NCBI GenBank assembly: GCA_964016885.1
Contig: OZ024751.1
Location: forward strand, 49,042,001 to 49,106,000
DNA length: 64,000 nt
Direction: 5' to 3'
Source of the DNA: Eledone cirrhosa
Lineage: Eukaryota
Shown here: positions 1 through 15,246 of the stretch, piece by piece
How the letters are laid out: each line of letters begins with the position of its first letter
Numbering within the stretch: position 1 is the first letter of the stretch
The notes under the pieces: model-generated
What the model was told of the DNA's origin: nothing
Database searches by the model: none
The model's input: only the letters and a program-made list of their open reading frames with translations
Program-made: the position numbers and the translations under genes

Positions 1-2159
1 CACACACACATATATATATATATGTATATAACCTTATATAATTCGATAGCAATAAAATATTTTACGTTAAAGAACAGGAAAAATATAGGCTCGGCTACGA
101 ATGAGTCGAATATATGAATGAACGTAATTAATATTACGCTGTGTTGTACAGGGTATGTGTATGAACGTGTGTGTATATGAATGTACCTGTGTGCGTATGA
201 ACGTGTGTGTATATGATATGCATGAACTTGTATGTATGTGTATACACGCGTGTGTATGTGTGTGCGTGTGTGTGTGTGTTTGAAAGTGTGGGTATGTGTA
301 TGAATATTTTGGTATATGTATGTACGTGTTTTTATGTGTCGACTACAATTTTTTACGTCTTCCATTTTCATTAATAGATCGTGTTAGATAGGAAAGTTAT
401 CAGCAAGTACAGAAACTGTTTATCGGTATATGTCATTCCCTTATCAAATCGCCAATATAATTCTAGTAAATATTATCTTTATCTCAGCTACTTGCTGAGA
501 TCTTAATATCTGGTTATATAGAAAGAAAGTTCATTATGGCCATGCAACGTTGATGAGTGTATATGAATTTGACATTATCACGGAAAACGGAAAACGTGTT
601 TTCGGCCGATCATGAAGATTTTCGATCTAATAAAGTTATCGTTCGTTATACGCCATCTATATCTTTGCAAAAATTGTTTATTGAAGCCTGAGTTTATACG
701 GGTTGTTTAGGGAACATAGGAACAGAAAATGCTCCTCAATGCAACCTTTATTAGGGGCACGCTGGGGTACATTTTGAGTGGTACTATACTTATATATGCG
801 TTGTAGATTCTAATTTCACCGCGGGCAACATTTTTATAATCCTTCCTTTATACCTAAAAATACGTTTAGCAAAATAAGTTGACTCACATGAAACTTCGTT
901 ATTGTTCGGTGTAAAATTTCTGTTTTTTTTTTAATTTATTTTATCCCCGGTCCTGCATGTATCATGAAGATTAATGTGGGGACTCAGAATGCCTTAATTA
1001 ACTTTAACTACTTATTCAACTTTTCATATTTTTACAGCTTAAATGAATCGTTCCTACTTACCAAGGATCCTTTTATTTAAATAACTTTTCCCTTGTTCGA
1101 ACTAAAATCCCTCATTCTTATATTGTTTTACAGTGAGAATGAACATTAAAAAAGAAAATGTTTCTACTACGCTAGCGTATTAAAACATGAGACTTATGAC
1201 TGGCAAGTGGCTCAGTGACCATATCTGTATCAGTGAGCTACTGAACATTACCAAACTTAGACCAATTACATCAATTGACAAGTCAAGAGTACTCAAACTA
1301 TACGGCCATATAAAAATATCAACTCGTGGTGTGAGTAGGTTATGCCTGGAAGGAAGGTTGGCTGGTGGAGAAGCAGAGGCCGGCAGCCAAAACCTTGTCT
1401 TGACAATGTCAACTTATGGACTGGACTTGATCTTTGCTCTTTGAACTCTGCTGCTGGTGATCGAACTTTGTGGAGAGAGATATCTCATATTGATACGCAG
1501 TCTGCAACTGGCGGAGTTTAGCGTCACAAGAAGACTTGAAATACTGAACTTAGCTTATTGACCTCTAGATCTATAATTTCTAATAAATACAAGACATAAT
1601 TATACGATATTAAACTCCATAAAAATGTTGTGTACGTCAAAATCTGTTTCTCTAGATTGGAGCAATGCAAGGTTTAACCCTGTCATCAAATATTTATATA
1701 TACCTCATTTGTGTGAAGAACGTTTCCTTTACATTCTTTTCATTCATATTTGTCTGTATAATTTTAGTTTGTCTTGAATTCTCTGCTATGTTTGACCTAT
1801 TTGGCATTGTTTTTCATATGTTTTCCTACCATTCTATATTCTATCTCTATTTCAGATATCTTGTTTATATTAAACTATTATACATACACATATACACACA
1901 CACATCTCTCTCTCTCTATATATATATATACTAAAATCAGTGTGTATGTATTTATGTGTGCGTGTAATTGTATTTGTATGTATGTATAGATATATATCTA
2001 TATATGCGTGTATGGGTATATGAATGTGTGTGTATATGTTTAACAATTTTTTTTTTTTCGTCGTAACATGGACTATCAAAAATGTAACATTTGTATTTGA
2101 TCAGCAAGCAGCTGTCAAAATAAAACTGCTTTCTTGTTTTACGTATAGGAAGAGAGAGA

Positions 2160-2253
<94 letters not shown>

Positions 2254-2408
2254 AAAGGAGATTTATAGAGAGATTTGAAATATAGGGGGTTAGCAGAGAG
2301 CTGATGTGTGCTGTGGGGGTCAGTTAAATTAAAACAATATGGAAGAATTCACTTTTAAAACAATTTGTCATGTGAAATTAAGTATATATATACATATATA
2401 TATAAATT

Positions 2409-2445
<37 letters not shown>

Positions 2446-2473
2446 ATTAATATATATATATGTATATATGTAA

Positions 2474-2555
<82 letters not shown>

Positions 2556-2615
2556 ATGTAACTGTGAACAATTGCCTCCTGTGCTTTGTTCGTATATTTC
2601 AATTCTCTCTCTCTG

Positions 2616-2710
<95 letters not shown>

Positions 2711-2915
2711 GTATATATATATATGTGTGTGTGCGTGCGATTGAGTGTGTATGTGTGTGTGTGTGTGTGTGCACATATATATATATATTGTGTGCGTGGG
2801 TGTAAACAAATATAAAGACAACTAAGGAAATATAGCATCAAATGCGAAGGAGGGAATGGTGACATGATCGAGAAAATTTAAACTAACATTTCTTTAGTCG
2901 AAAGACACTAACGTT

Positions 2916-3054
<139 letters not shown>

Positions 3055-3080
3055 CACTCTCTCTCTATATATATATATAT

Positions 3081-3219
3081 AAAATGTGGAGAGGAAGCAC
3101 ACGAGTTAGGATATATATATGAAAACAGGGAGAACAAGACGATTATTAGAAAGAAATAAAAAGGGAAAAAATTATATATATATATTTTTCTTCCTAATAA
3201 TCGTCTTTTTCTCCCTGTG

Positions 3220-3223
<4 letters not shown>
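3081..3223. mobile_element. Short inverted-arm insertion in (TA)n (PLE-terminus-like)
   Basis: Arms 3120-3156 (tgaaaacagggagaacaagacgattattagaaagaaa) and 3187-3223 are imperfect reverse complements; ~30-nt unpaired extension 3081-3110 on one side; (TA)n flanks. Confidence 0.6.
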
Positions 3224-3280
<57 letters not shown>

Positions 3281-3589
3281 GTCCAGGGAGTGTAACATGA
3301 AGGTTACCGTAGGTTCACCCAGGTGAGTACTCGATGTTTAGGTTCATGTGAGTATGGAGGTGTAGAGCTAGACAGAGTGTAATATAATAATACAAGGACG
3401 CATTTCGCGATTAGCTTAAGGTTCGATCTCTGGTAGTAATGTCATCACTACCACAGAGGTCCGACAAGCCATTGATTACAGAGTTGTGTTAGATCGATAC
3501 AGATCGAGCCTTGAGTTGATCAATAGCGAAACACGCGTCACAAACCAATAAGCGTAATGTAGGAGTAATCATTCGTCCTTGTTTTATTT

Positions 3590-3622
<33 letters not shown>

Positions 3623-3647
3623 TTTTGTGTGTGCTTATGTATGCATG

Positions 3648-3688
<41 letters not shown>

Positions 3689-3774
3689 ATATCATAATAA
3701 AAATAAAATTCCCGATTGTATGAACAAATATTTCAAATACAGAACAATAATTACAATTATATTTTAAGACAACC

Positions 3775-4805
3775 ATTGTCACCACCACCACCCCCAACAC
3801 CTCCGTTACCACCACCACAGTCCCCCGTCACCACCACCCCCAACACCTCCATTACCACCACCACAGTCCCCCGTCACCACCACCCCCAACACCTCCATTA
3901 CCACCACCACAGTCCCCCCCCCAACACCTCCATTACCACCACCACAGTCCCCCGTCACCACCACCCCCAACACCTCCATTACCACCACCACAGTCCCCCG
4001 TCAGCACCACCCCCAACACCTCCATTACCACCACCACAGTCCCTCGTCACCACCACCCCCAACACCTCCACTACCACCACCACAGTCCCCCGTCACCACC
4101 ACCCCCAACACCTCCATTACCACCACCACAGTCCCTTGTCACCACCACCCCCAACAGCTCCACTACCACCACCACCACAGTCCCCCGTCACCATCACCTC
4201 CAACACCTCTATCACCACCACCACAGTCCCCCGTCACTACCACGGTCACCACCATCACCACCACCACCTCCATCATCAGCACCAACACCACCAACACTAC
4301 GCCACCACGGTAACCATCACTACCACCATCGTCACCAGCAGGAACACCGCACTACAACTACCACCACCACCACCACCTCCATCATCAGCACCAACACCAC
4401 CATCACATCCACCACAGTCACCATCACTACCACCACGGTCACCACCACCACCACCACCACCTCCATCATCAGCACCAACACCACCAACACTACGCCACCA
4501 CGGTAACCATCACTACCACCATCGTCACCAGCAGGAACACCGCACTACAACTACCACCACCACCACCACCACCTCCATCATCAGCACCAACACCACCAAC
4601 ACAACGCCACCACGGTAACCATCACTACCACCATCGTCACCAGCAGGAACACCGCTCTACAACTACCACCACCACCACCACCACCTCCATCATCAGCACC
4701 AACACCACCAACACTACGCCACCACGGTAACCATCACTACCACCATCGTCACCAGCAGGAACACCGCACTACAACTACCACCAACACCACCACCATTACA
4801 ACCAC
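3775..4805. repeat. (CCA)-rich composite minisatellite
   Basis: ~46-bp unit (ccaccaccacagtcccccgtcaccaccacccccaacacctccatta), then a ~113-bp unit containing cagcaggaacacc (4337, 4529, 4642, 4755). Confidence 0.9.
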
Positions 4806-5063
4806 AGCCTATTTTAAAATGGCTTTGCCTTAAGATTATAATACTGTCCATGAAGTTATGGTAATACATTGCTAATGTGTCCTTCTATCAATATGATAGC
4901 TGTGTCAATAATTGTTACAACAACAACAACAACAGCAATATTAGCAACAAAATGGAAGGAATCAATTTGCTATCACATTTGAAATATAACTGCTGCTGCT
5001 GCTGATACTGCTCACTACTACCGTTGCTGTTGCTGCTACTGTTGTTATTACTGCTGTTGCTGT

Positions 5064-5118
<55 letters not shown>

Positions 5119-5179
5119 GCTACTACTACTGCTACGACTAACATAATTATTATTGTTATTTTTATTATTATTATTATTA

Positions 5180-5385
5180 TTTGGCAGCATCGGTAGAACG
5201 TCAGACACCATACATTGCAGCACAGAGTCATGGCCCTTTACCGTCTGAGTTTAAATCCCGGCGAGGTTTACTTTGCCTTTCATCCTTATGGGGTCGATAA
5301 ATTAAAATACCAGTCACGCACTGGGGTCGATTTAATCGACTTTCCACTCCCCCAAAATTGCTGCCCTATATAAGAAAGCATTATT
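5180..5385 (+). mobile_element. tRNA-derived SINE, family 1
   Basis: A-box tggcagcatcgg, B-box gagtttaaatcc, central ctttgcctttcatccttatggggtcgataaa..accagt; lies in (ATT)n. Confidence 0.85.
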
Positions 5386-5420
5386 ATTATTATCATTATT
5401 ATTATCATCATCATCATCAT

Positions 5421-5453
<33 letters not shown>

Positions 5454-7292
5454 CAGTAGTATATGTCTTTGTAAAAGCCAGAGTAGAAACAGTAAACGGA
5501 GGCAACTTGACAAAGACAGAAAATATGAAATGATGCAGGGACTGGAATGAAACAATTATATAATATATACCTATCCAAATATTTAGCAGATGACAATCAA
5601 GTAAGAATCAAGAAATTTGGAGAGTACTTAGAGAGCTTCAATGTTACAAATCCGACAATATTTATAAACGTAGTAGAAATTCTGGTCATGAGCTACACAT
5701 ACAATATAATAAATTAAATACCAACAGACATATGACAGCAAAAATACAAAATCCCTCACACTGTTACAGAGTTATCTCCCGTCGACAATAGTCGAAAGTA
5801 GAAGACAGAAAAAGAGTTAGATACGAACAATACAACAGAAAAAGATTTTAGAATATGAGATCACAAAGTAATTCCGAAATTTTATAAAGTCAAATTTGAT
5901 GAAAAATATCGGTCTTTTGAAAATATTCGACAAGTAAGCCTCTCCAAGCTTAATAAAGAGTAGATCATGGCAGAGAGGAAATAATAAAGAGGGCTATCCA
6001 TCGATAAACCTAAAAGGCTTAGGATTAACGAAGATCTAACACATCTTTCCTAAAATGTACAGAAGATCTTTTTTCCTTTTCTATTCTCAATTTCCCTTTC
6101 AAGTGATACTTGACATTTTTGATCACAACCACCAGACTTAGTTAAAACCACCTTGTTTCCATTGTATAAGATTGTTAGTGGAAGTAGAGGTTCCGTTACA
6201 AAGAGAAGGAAGGACATTTTGCTAAGAATAGAAACAGAAATTTAATAAATGAACAAAAATAGTAAAATAGATAGCAGGTCGATCATAGTATCTGAATAGT
6301 CTAGTATGGATATTGGAAAGGAGATCACTAATTACCTTCCATTGAATTTGCAACATCACCACCATTCATTAAGAAGACTTCGATAATCGAATCCTTTTGG
6401 ATAAATATCGTACAATTAAAGTTCAAATGATATTATTAAAAAAATATTATTAACAGTATTGCGAATATTCTTTATATTGTTGTGTAGTAGTAGTAGTAGT
6501 AGTAAGAGTAGTAATAGTATTAATAGTGGTAATAATAATTTTAACAATAATTATAATGGCGATGATAATTAAAATAAACATAATCATAAAATCTTCTGAA
6601 TAATAAATCTTTTCATATTCTAAGTTCAAATATCGATGTTAAATACCATATTTATTCTATTACATGTGTGTATACAGTACCACTGATAACATAATTGCTG
6701 GATTTCATAAAGATAATACGATTTCATTATAAAAAATATCTTATTGTAATGATTTTAATGAACCAATATGGATGCGGTGTGTGATCGACAAAACCTTTAC
6801 TTTAGTCAGTCACAATAAATAATCAAATATAACACCGCCATTAACAGCGACCAATTCACAAAAGTAATGTACAGATTAGTTTATTCTTTTATCACCCTGG
6901 TACTGGTATTTCAGCAAGATATAAAATAGAATTCAGTTATGGTACGAAGCGTCTCCGATGTGCTGTGCTAAGCTATTTCAAACACCATTGTTTATTCTGA
7001 AAACGTATGCCTAAATACCATATATATAGAGAGAGACGGGGGGGGGGCAAGAGTGTGAGTTGTGGGGTTGTCCCCAAAATGAAATGTTAGACAATATAAG
7101 CAAATGAAAGAATAATAAACGTCGACTGCGATTCTTGGTAAAAATATTTCAAATTCACCAGCCTTCAAGAAAAAAGAATGACTTCCATTCTAGTCAAATT
7201 TTTAGGGATACATTATCTTTGGAATTATTCCTATTTTGTCTAAGGATATATATATTTATTCATATATGTATATTAGCATAATGTATCTCTCT

Positions 7293-7438
<146 letters not shown>

Positions 7439-7443
7439 AATAT

Positions 7444-7848
7444 ACACGGGTGTGTATGATTGTGTATAGAAGATTATATTAATAAAAGGAATTCCAACTT
7501 TGTCTGATTTACTCGTTTTATTTACTATCCTTTAACATTTATAATGGTATTAGAATGAAATAGTATGGTAGAATATTAAATGTTAAGTGTTAATTGAACA
7601 AGTACTTTCATGCTTTCGCAATCTTCACGTTCATATTCAGTGGTGACAGTCAAATTTGAAAATTGCAAACTTGACTGTCACCACTGAATATGACCCTGAA
7701 GATTGCGAAAGCATGAAAGTACTTGTTCAATTAACACTTAACATTTAATAGTCTACCATACTATTCCATTCTAATACCATTATAAATGTTAAAGGATTGT
7801 AAATAAAACGAGTAAATCAGACAAAGTTGGAATTCCTTTTGTTAATAT
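7444..7848. mobile_element. Family A inverted insertion (~180-bp arms) with HHR
   Basis: 7476-7658 and 7666-7848 are near-perfect reverse complements; ~30-nt extension on the left; TA-rich flanks. Confidence 0.85.
7691..7729 (+). ncRNA. Minimal type I hammerhead motif (family A); mirror copy 7595-7633 on minus strand
   Basis: Two-arm consensus tgaac CTGAAGA t-tgc-gaaa-gca-t GAAA gtac TT gttca; each arm carries one inactivating-looking change. Confidence 0.7.
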
Positions 7849-8004
7849 CTCTATATATATATGCGTATCTATAATATTAATTCCCTGTTTAAGAACCTAT
7901 AATTTTTATAGCTTGTAGTTTTTCTCACATCGTCGTCTTGACAACATAATAAAATATTCTTCTTGTTCTTATTCTTCGTATTTTCATTATTGTGTTCTCG
8001 TTGT

Positions 8005-8205
8005 GATGGGTTGGAAGAATTGGTAGAGCGCCGGCTAAAATGCCATTGTAGTACTTGTTCTGGTTCTTTATATACTAAGTGCAAATCCCGCCGAGATCAA
8101 CTTTGCCTTACATCCTTCCGGAGTTGATAAAATAAAATACCAGTTAAGCGTTCGGGTCAAAATATTCAATTTCCTCTACCACAGTATTGCTGATCTCCTG
8201 TCAAT
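8005..8205 (+). mobile_element. SINE family 1, diverged
   Basis: aaatcccgccgagatcaactttgccttacatccttccggagttgataaaataaaataccagt. Confidence 0.75.
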
Positions 8206-8461
8206 ATGGATGATGCAGTTGTTACGACCCCCCCCCCCCTCCCGTGGTGATAATGGAGCATTTCCTATAGTTGTTCTTATGTTAAGTTGAACATATATAG
8301 ACAGCGAATTATTTATTTTCTTAGAAACTGTTATCTATGTCTTGCATTGGTATTGATCAGTGCTGACATGTGTATTGACCAAACATTCACACATATGGAC
8401 ATAGAATCATATACACACATACATTAAAAAGACATCTAATAAGAAATATATATATAATATA

Positions 8462-8563
<102 letters not shown>

Positions 8564-8601
8564 GTATATATATATATATATATATATGTATAGTATGTAT
8601 A

Positions 8602-8690
<89 letters not shown>

Positions 8691-8768
8691 AGTATATATA
8701 TATATATATATGTATAGTATATATATATATATGTATATATATGTATAGTATATATATATATATGTATA

Positions 8769-8819
<51 letters not shown>

Positions 8820-8986
8820 AGTATATATATATATGTATATATATGTATATATAAATATATATATATATAATGTTTATATATGTATATATAAAAATATATA
8901 TGTATATATATATATAATGTTTATATATGTATATATATATATATATATATAAATATATATATACATATATAAACATCATACATACA

Positions 8987-9023
<37 letters not shown>

Positions 9024-9231
9024 TATTGCTGATAAATGTACACATTTACAGTAATACACAAACACATATATATAGATCAATATTATTTAATGTCTAAATA
9101 TGTCTTAGCTTAGCATATAAACGCATAAATTCTTCAAACCACAGACGGGGCATCATGGATAGTATTATAAACATATACTATCACATAAAGTAGACGCACA
9201 TACACATATACACACATAGAGTGGTGCACAT

Positions 9232-9452
9232 ATCTAAAGTCTGTCTTGAGCCAGAAAGCTCATTTGGACAGGACGCCAGTAAATCGCAGGGTTAAACCTC
9301 CAGCTATTGCTGGTACTCATTTTCAGCTGAGTATACTGGAGCAACGTGAAAGGATGTGTTTTGCTCAAGAACACATCACGCAACCCAGGAATCGACCCCA
9401 CGACATTATGATCGTAAGTCCAACACCCTTACCACTAGGCCACGTGTCTCCA
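9232..9452 (-). mobile_element. tRNA-derived SINE, family 2
   Basis: Minus strand: A-box tggcctagtgg, B-box ggtcgattcc, then gtgttcttgagcaaaacac..ttgctcc; second copy at 17045-17240. Confidence 0.8.
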
Positions 9453-9510
9453 CCATGCACATATATAAACGCTTAATTCTAACCAGGAAAAAATAAAACC
9501 ATAGACCAGC

Positions 9511-10080
9511 ACACATATACAGACCTAAATATATAAACATACATACACATATACAGACCGAAATATATAAACATACATACACATATACAGACCGAAATAT
9601 ATAAACATACATACACATATACAGACCTAAATATATAAACATACATACACATATACAAACCTAAATATATAAACATACATACACATATACAGACCTAAAT
9701 ATATAAACATACATACACATATACAGACCTAAATATATAAACATACATACACATATACAGACCGAAATATATAAACATACATACACATATACAGACCTAA
9801 ATATATAAACATACATACACATATACAGACCTAAATATACAAACATACATACACATATATAGACCTAAATATATAAACATACATACACATATACAGACCT
9901 AAATATACAAACATACATACACATATATAGACCTAAATATATAAACATACATACACATATACAGACCTAAATATATAAACATACATACACATATACATAC
10001 CTAAATATATAAACATACATACACATATACAGACCTAAATATATAAACATACATACACATATACAGACCTAAATATATAA
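9511..10080. repeat. 34-bp minisatellite, ~17 copies
   Basis: Unit acacatatacagacctaaatatataaacatacat. Confidence 0.95.
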
Positions 10081-10546
10081 TTATACATACACATACGTCA
10101 ACATGTACACAGAAAAACCAGAGAGAGAAACACACAAACACACACGAATACACGCACCAAACACACACATAAAACACATAGACACACAGAAAATCACATA
10201 GGGAATCACACACGTACAGATACACACACACACATCAAATGGCATAGACAAAGAAGCACTGACACATACACACACATATATACACACAGACAAACACACA
10301 GATAAAGACACATAGAGACACATAAAATCACTTAGAGAAACCCAGAGACACATACACACACATAAAATCACACTGACAAACACAGAGACGCATACACATA
10401 AACACACATCAAATCACATAGACAAATACACAGGCACATGCACATACACACACATAAACATACATAGACAAACACACAGGACCATACACATACACACACA
10501 TACAATCACATAGACAAATACACAGATATAGACTCATACACACACA

Positions 10547-10734
10547 TAATTGTTTCTACTTTAGGCACAAGGCCAGCAATTACCAGTGCATTACTGGTAC
10601 TTTATTTTATCGACCCCGTAAGGATGAAAGGCAAAGTCAACCTCGGCGGGATTTGAACTCAGATGGTAAAGGGACGTAACTATGCTGGAAAGCATGGCGT
10701 CCGACCCTCTACCGATACTGCCAATCCACCGCCC
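10547..10734 (-). mobile_element. SINE family 1, near full length
   Basis: Close reverse complement of 28778-28970. Confidence 0.9.
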
Positions 10735-10739
10735 TCATA

Positions 10740-11275
10740 CACACACATAATCTCACATAGACAAATACACAGATAGAAACACATAAACACATACAATCAC
10801 ATAAACAAACACACCGGCACATACACACAGACACACATAAAATCACACACAGAAACACACTGGTATAGACACATGCAAACACAGACACATACACACACAT
10901 ACAATCGCATACACAAATACACTGGTATAGACATACACATACATACACACACATACAATCACATACAGAAACACACTGGTATACACATAGACACACACAT
11001 ACACACACATAAAATCACATACACAAACACACTGGTATAGACATACACACACACACAGACACATACATACACAAACACACTGGTATAGACATACACACAC
11101 ATAAAATCACATACATAAACACACTGGTATAGACATACACACACACAGAGACACATACACACACATATAATCACATATACAAACACACTGGTATAGACAT
11201 ACACACACACACAGACACATACACACACATAAAATCACATACACAAACCCACTGGCATAGACATACACACACACA
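10740..11275. repeat. Degenerate CA-rich minisatellite
   Basis: Recurrent acactggtatagacatac core with variable CA spacers. Confidence 0.85.
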
Positions 11276-11573
11276 TGCTATCATCCACATACTGAACAAC
11301 TCCTACTCAACTCATTTACGTGAATCCTATTTTCACTTATATTTCGAGTTGCATTTTCTGATTATTTTTGTTTCACATTTTACTATTTTAGACAATGAGT
11401 TATATATGTTAAATGAAGTTGAGAAACAAAACGAAAGCTAGTATGAAACATGGGCAAGTATGTTTGTATGTATGTGTGTATAATTGTATGTATGTATGTG
11501 TGTATATTTGTATGTATGTATGAATGTATGTGTGTATATATGTATGTATATATATATATATATATATATATTT

Positions 11574-11604
<31 letters not shown>

Positions 11605-11845
11605 ATGTGTGTGCGTATAAATATATATATATATGTTTTTATATATATAACTATATATATATATATATATATATATGCATATGCATTTGTATACACACAT
11701 ACATTCACACACACACACACATACATATATATATATAAATACAAATATTGCACACATGTATATACATAATTTTGTGCGTATGCATCTTGGTGCAGGTATG
11801 TGTAGGTATATACATATATATAATTGATATCTATCTCTAAGTGTG

Positions 11846-11900
<55 letters not shown>

Positions 11901-12092
11901 GTTATTCTGGGTTGAATCGGAGGTAACCACAGTAAGTAAGGTACTCAATACATAGCAGAGTATAAAAGTTTTAATATAGATGAGATTCTACAGGACTAGA
12001 ACTGTTTCATTCATTAGAAATCATCAGGGATTCCTGATGATTTCTAATGAATGAAACAGTTCTAGTCCTGTAGAATCTCATCTATATTAAAA

Positions 12093-12093
<1 letters not shown>
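11901..12093. mobile_element. Family B inverted insertion in (TA)n
   Basis: Perfect 61-bp arms 11968-12028 and 12033-12093, 4-nt loop; ~67-nt tail 11901-11967; same ends as 27471-27750. Confidence 0.9.
12029..12077 (+). ncRNA. Type I hammerhead ribozyme (family B)
   Basis: gattc CTGATGA t-ttc-taat-gaa-t GAAA cag-ttctagtc-ctg TA gaatc; GUA cleavage triplet; stem I gattc/gaatc. Confidence 0.8.
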
Positions 12094-12162
<69 letters not shown>

Positions 12163-12572
12163 CATATATATATATAGCTACCACTATACACAACTATATA
12201 TATATATATATATAGTTGTGTATAGTGGTAGCTATATATATATATATATATATGCGTGTGTGTGTGTGTGTGTGTGTGTTTATATGTATATGTGTTCAGG
12301 TGTGTTTAAATGTACATCTATCCTGCGCCGTCACTTCCCCTAAACAGAAACCAATACGAGAGTGTTATATAAGAATGGAAGTAAAATCTTATATACTCCC
12401 TAATAAAATTGAAATGAATAAACTTGTTTTTTCCTTTGATATTCTTCTGTTGTCTGTTTGTTGTGATTTTGTAGTTGTTTTTAGAACAGGTTTTCTCGAT
12501 AACCAATACATTTGAAAACCATTCAGGTTGTCATGCTTCGAATCTGAAACTATTTCTCATTCTTACTGCTCT

Positions 12573-12676
<104 letters not shown>

Positions 12677-12687
12677 CTCTCTCTCTC

Positions 12688-12769
<82 letters not shown>

Positions 12770-12779
12770 AATATCTCTC

Positions 12780-12824
<45 letters not shown>

Positions 12825-13083
12825 ATATATATATATACCTAACTCTTTCTTTCTCTCTGTCTTTCATTGTATATATACCCGCATACTCGCACTCACACAT
12901 AGAAACACATGCGTACGCAGACACACAAGCACAAACACACGCACACATATGTAATAATACCTACTTGTGTATAAGTATGTATATGCGTGGCCGTATTGTT
13001 TTCTTTTTGTAAATATGCATAATTATGAAGGATTTTATGCGCATGCGCACACAATGTATGTATATACGTATATATATTTACAT

Positions 13084-13142
<59 letters not shown>

Positions 13143-13187
13143 CATATATATATATATATATATATACATATATACATATATATTTAC

Positions 13188-13272
<85 letters not shown>

Positions 13273-13398
13273 CATATATATACATACATACATTCATACA
13301 GACACATGTAGTGTATGTATATGTGAGTCTGTGTACAAACATTTCGGCCAGATCCGAAGAAAACACATAGGTAGAATTCGAAATAAACTACACATTTA

Positions 13399-13529
<131 letters not shown>

Positions 13530-15030
13530 ATATATATATATATATACTTATATATTCATTCCGTCATTATGAAATGTCTTTGTAAGAATTCATCACTCGA
13601 TGTTATTGAACATTGTACAAACTAAACAGTGTTATCATTTGTATTGTTGTTAATGTCGTTTTATCGATTGGTCTTCATTTCAGGTTTGGGGTCTTCAGTA
13701 ATTCATTCTTTCTGGCACTATCTTTATATTTTCCAAAACTACTACAATTCATATACAACCAAACGTTTAAATTAGAGTATATATAGTGATAAACCTTCTT
13801 TTCTTCAACATTATCTTAATCTTCTTTGTCATCGGCTTCGTCATCCTGTTTCCATCATCTTTTCCATCATCTTCTTCATCTACTTCTTCGTCTCCTTCTC
13901 TTTCTTCTTTTTCTATACTTTTAGCCCAGGGAAAGGCCTCTGACCAAATGTTTCCCTGAGTGCATCATCCCCTGTCGCTTTCAATCAACGTATTTATGTC
14001 TAAGATTTGCAACAAGTACTGTATAATTTGAGGGAAATATGTTTATGTACGCCTAGACCACTTGGCTGGGCAGAAACCTCAGGAACGATTACCTTCGTTT
14101 TAGTAAAAAATTTAGTAATTTTTTCGAACAACACCTTAACCATTCCGCTAATATTACGTACTACACTGCTACTTTAGTTATTCACACAGACTAGTACATA
14201 TTTATCAAATGTTTCAATAGAGATTTACACATTGGTGCATATTGCTATTGCTGTTTTTAGGCCTCCAAACAACCCAATAATCAAACATGTCTATGATGAT
14301 AAGTGTTTCATTTTTGAACATATACAATTTAATTCAGACATCATGAATGTTGTTATTGGACATTCGCAGGTTCCAACATCGAGGGTTCCTGTTTTTCGAA
14401 CAACGGAACAACGATTATGTGCATCCCTAATCAAATTCTCTTGGAAATCTAGCATGAAATTATGTTAGCTCTGTTAGCTCTTAGAACTAGAGACGATGTT
14501 TCCTAGTGCACAACACATCGGCAAGAATCTAGCGCACGACCTCACTATTGTGAGACGAACCGTTACAGAAATCTTGTATATGTAGTGTTACTTTAACAAA
14601 TAAGCCGGCAATCGTTTTAGAAATCACGGTTCAAATTGAGCAAGATAATAACATAGGTAGAGCGAACACTTAAAAGGATCAGTCTTTACTGCATTATGTT
14701 AGATGTGTAAGGTTTATTAGATTCTGATGTAACTTACATTCATTCATTGGTGAAAATGAAATGCCTGCCAGTTACCTTTCAATTTATAAACGTCAGTATT
14801 ATTAGTTCGCTCAAACGTGCCACTGGATATCACAAACACTAACAATCGTAATTTTAAAATAATATATGTTCAATTATTGCCCAAAGACCTCTATCGTAAC
14901 ATATATTGGATATATTTATTAAATATCGATGTAGGATTTTAGAAACATTATAAACATATATGCCTACACATGCCTACATATATAATGTATTGTATATATC
15001 ATATTTATTAGATTATATGTATATATATTT

Positions 15031-15106
<76 letters not shown>

Positions 15107-15110
15107 ATAT

Positions 15111-15246
<136 letters not shown>

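Noticed and set aside
3716-4618. 300-aa Pro/Thr/His-rich ORF resembling extensin or mucin
   Set aside because: It is a (CCA)-based minisatellite with a 46-bp period that cycles through frames, and no domain is visible.
5480-6050. A-rich stretch ending in a RINEDLT-like frame, possible LINE ORF1 relic
   Set aside because: It has many stops and only one short motif, which is not enough to call.
9380-9452. tRNA-like A/B boxes
   Set aside because: This is a SINE head that continues into a SINE body, not a tRNA gene.
9511-10080. 34-bp repeats of CRISPR-like length
   Set aside because: There are no unique spacers or cas genes, and the context is eukaryotic.
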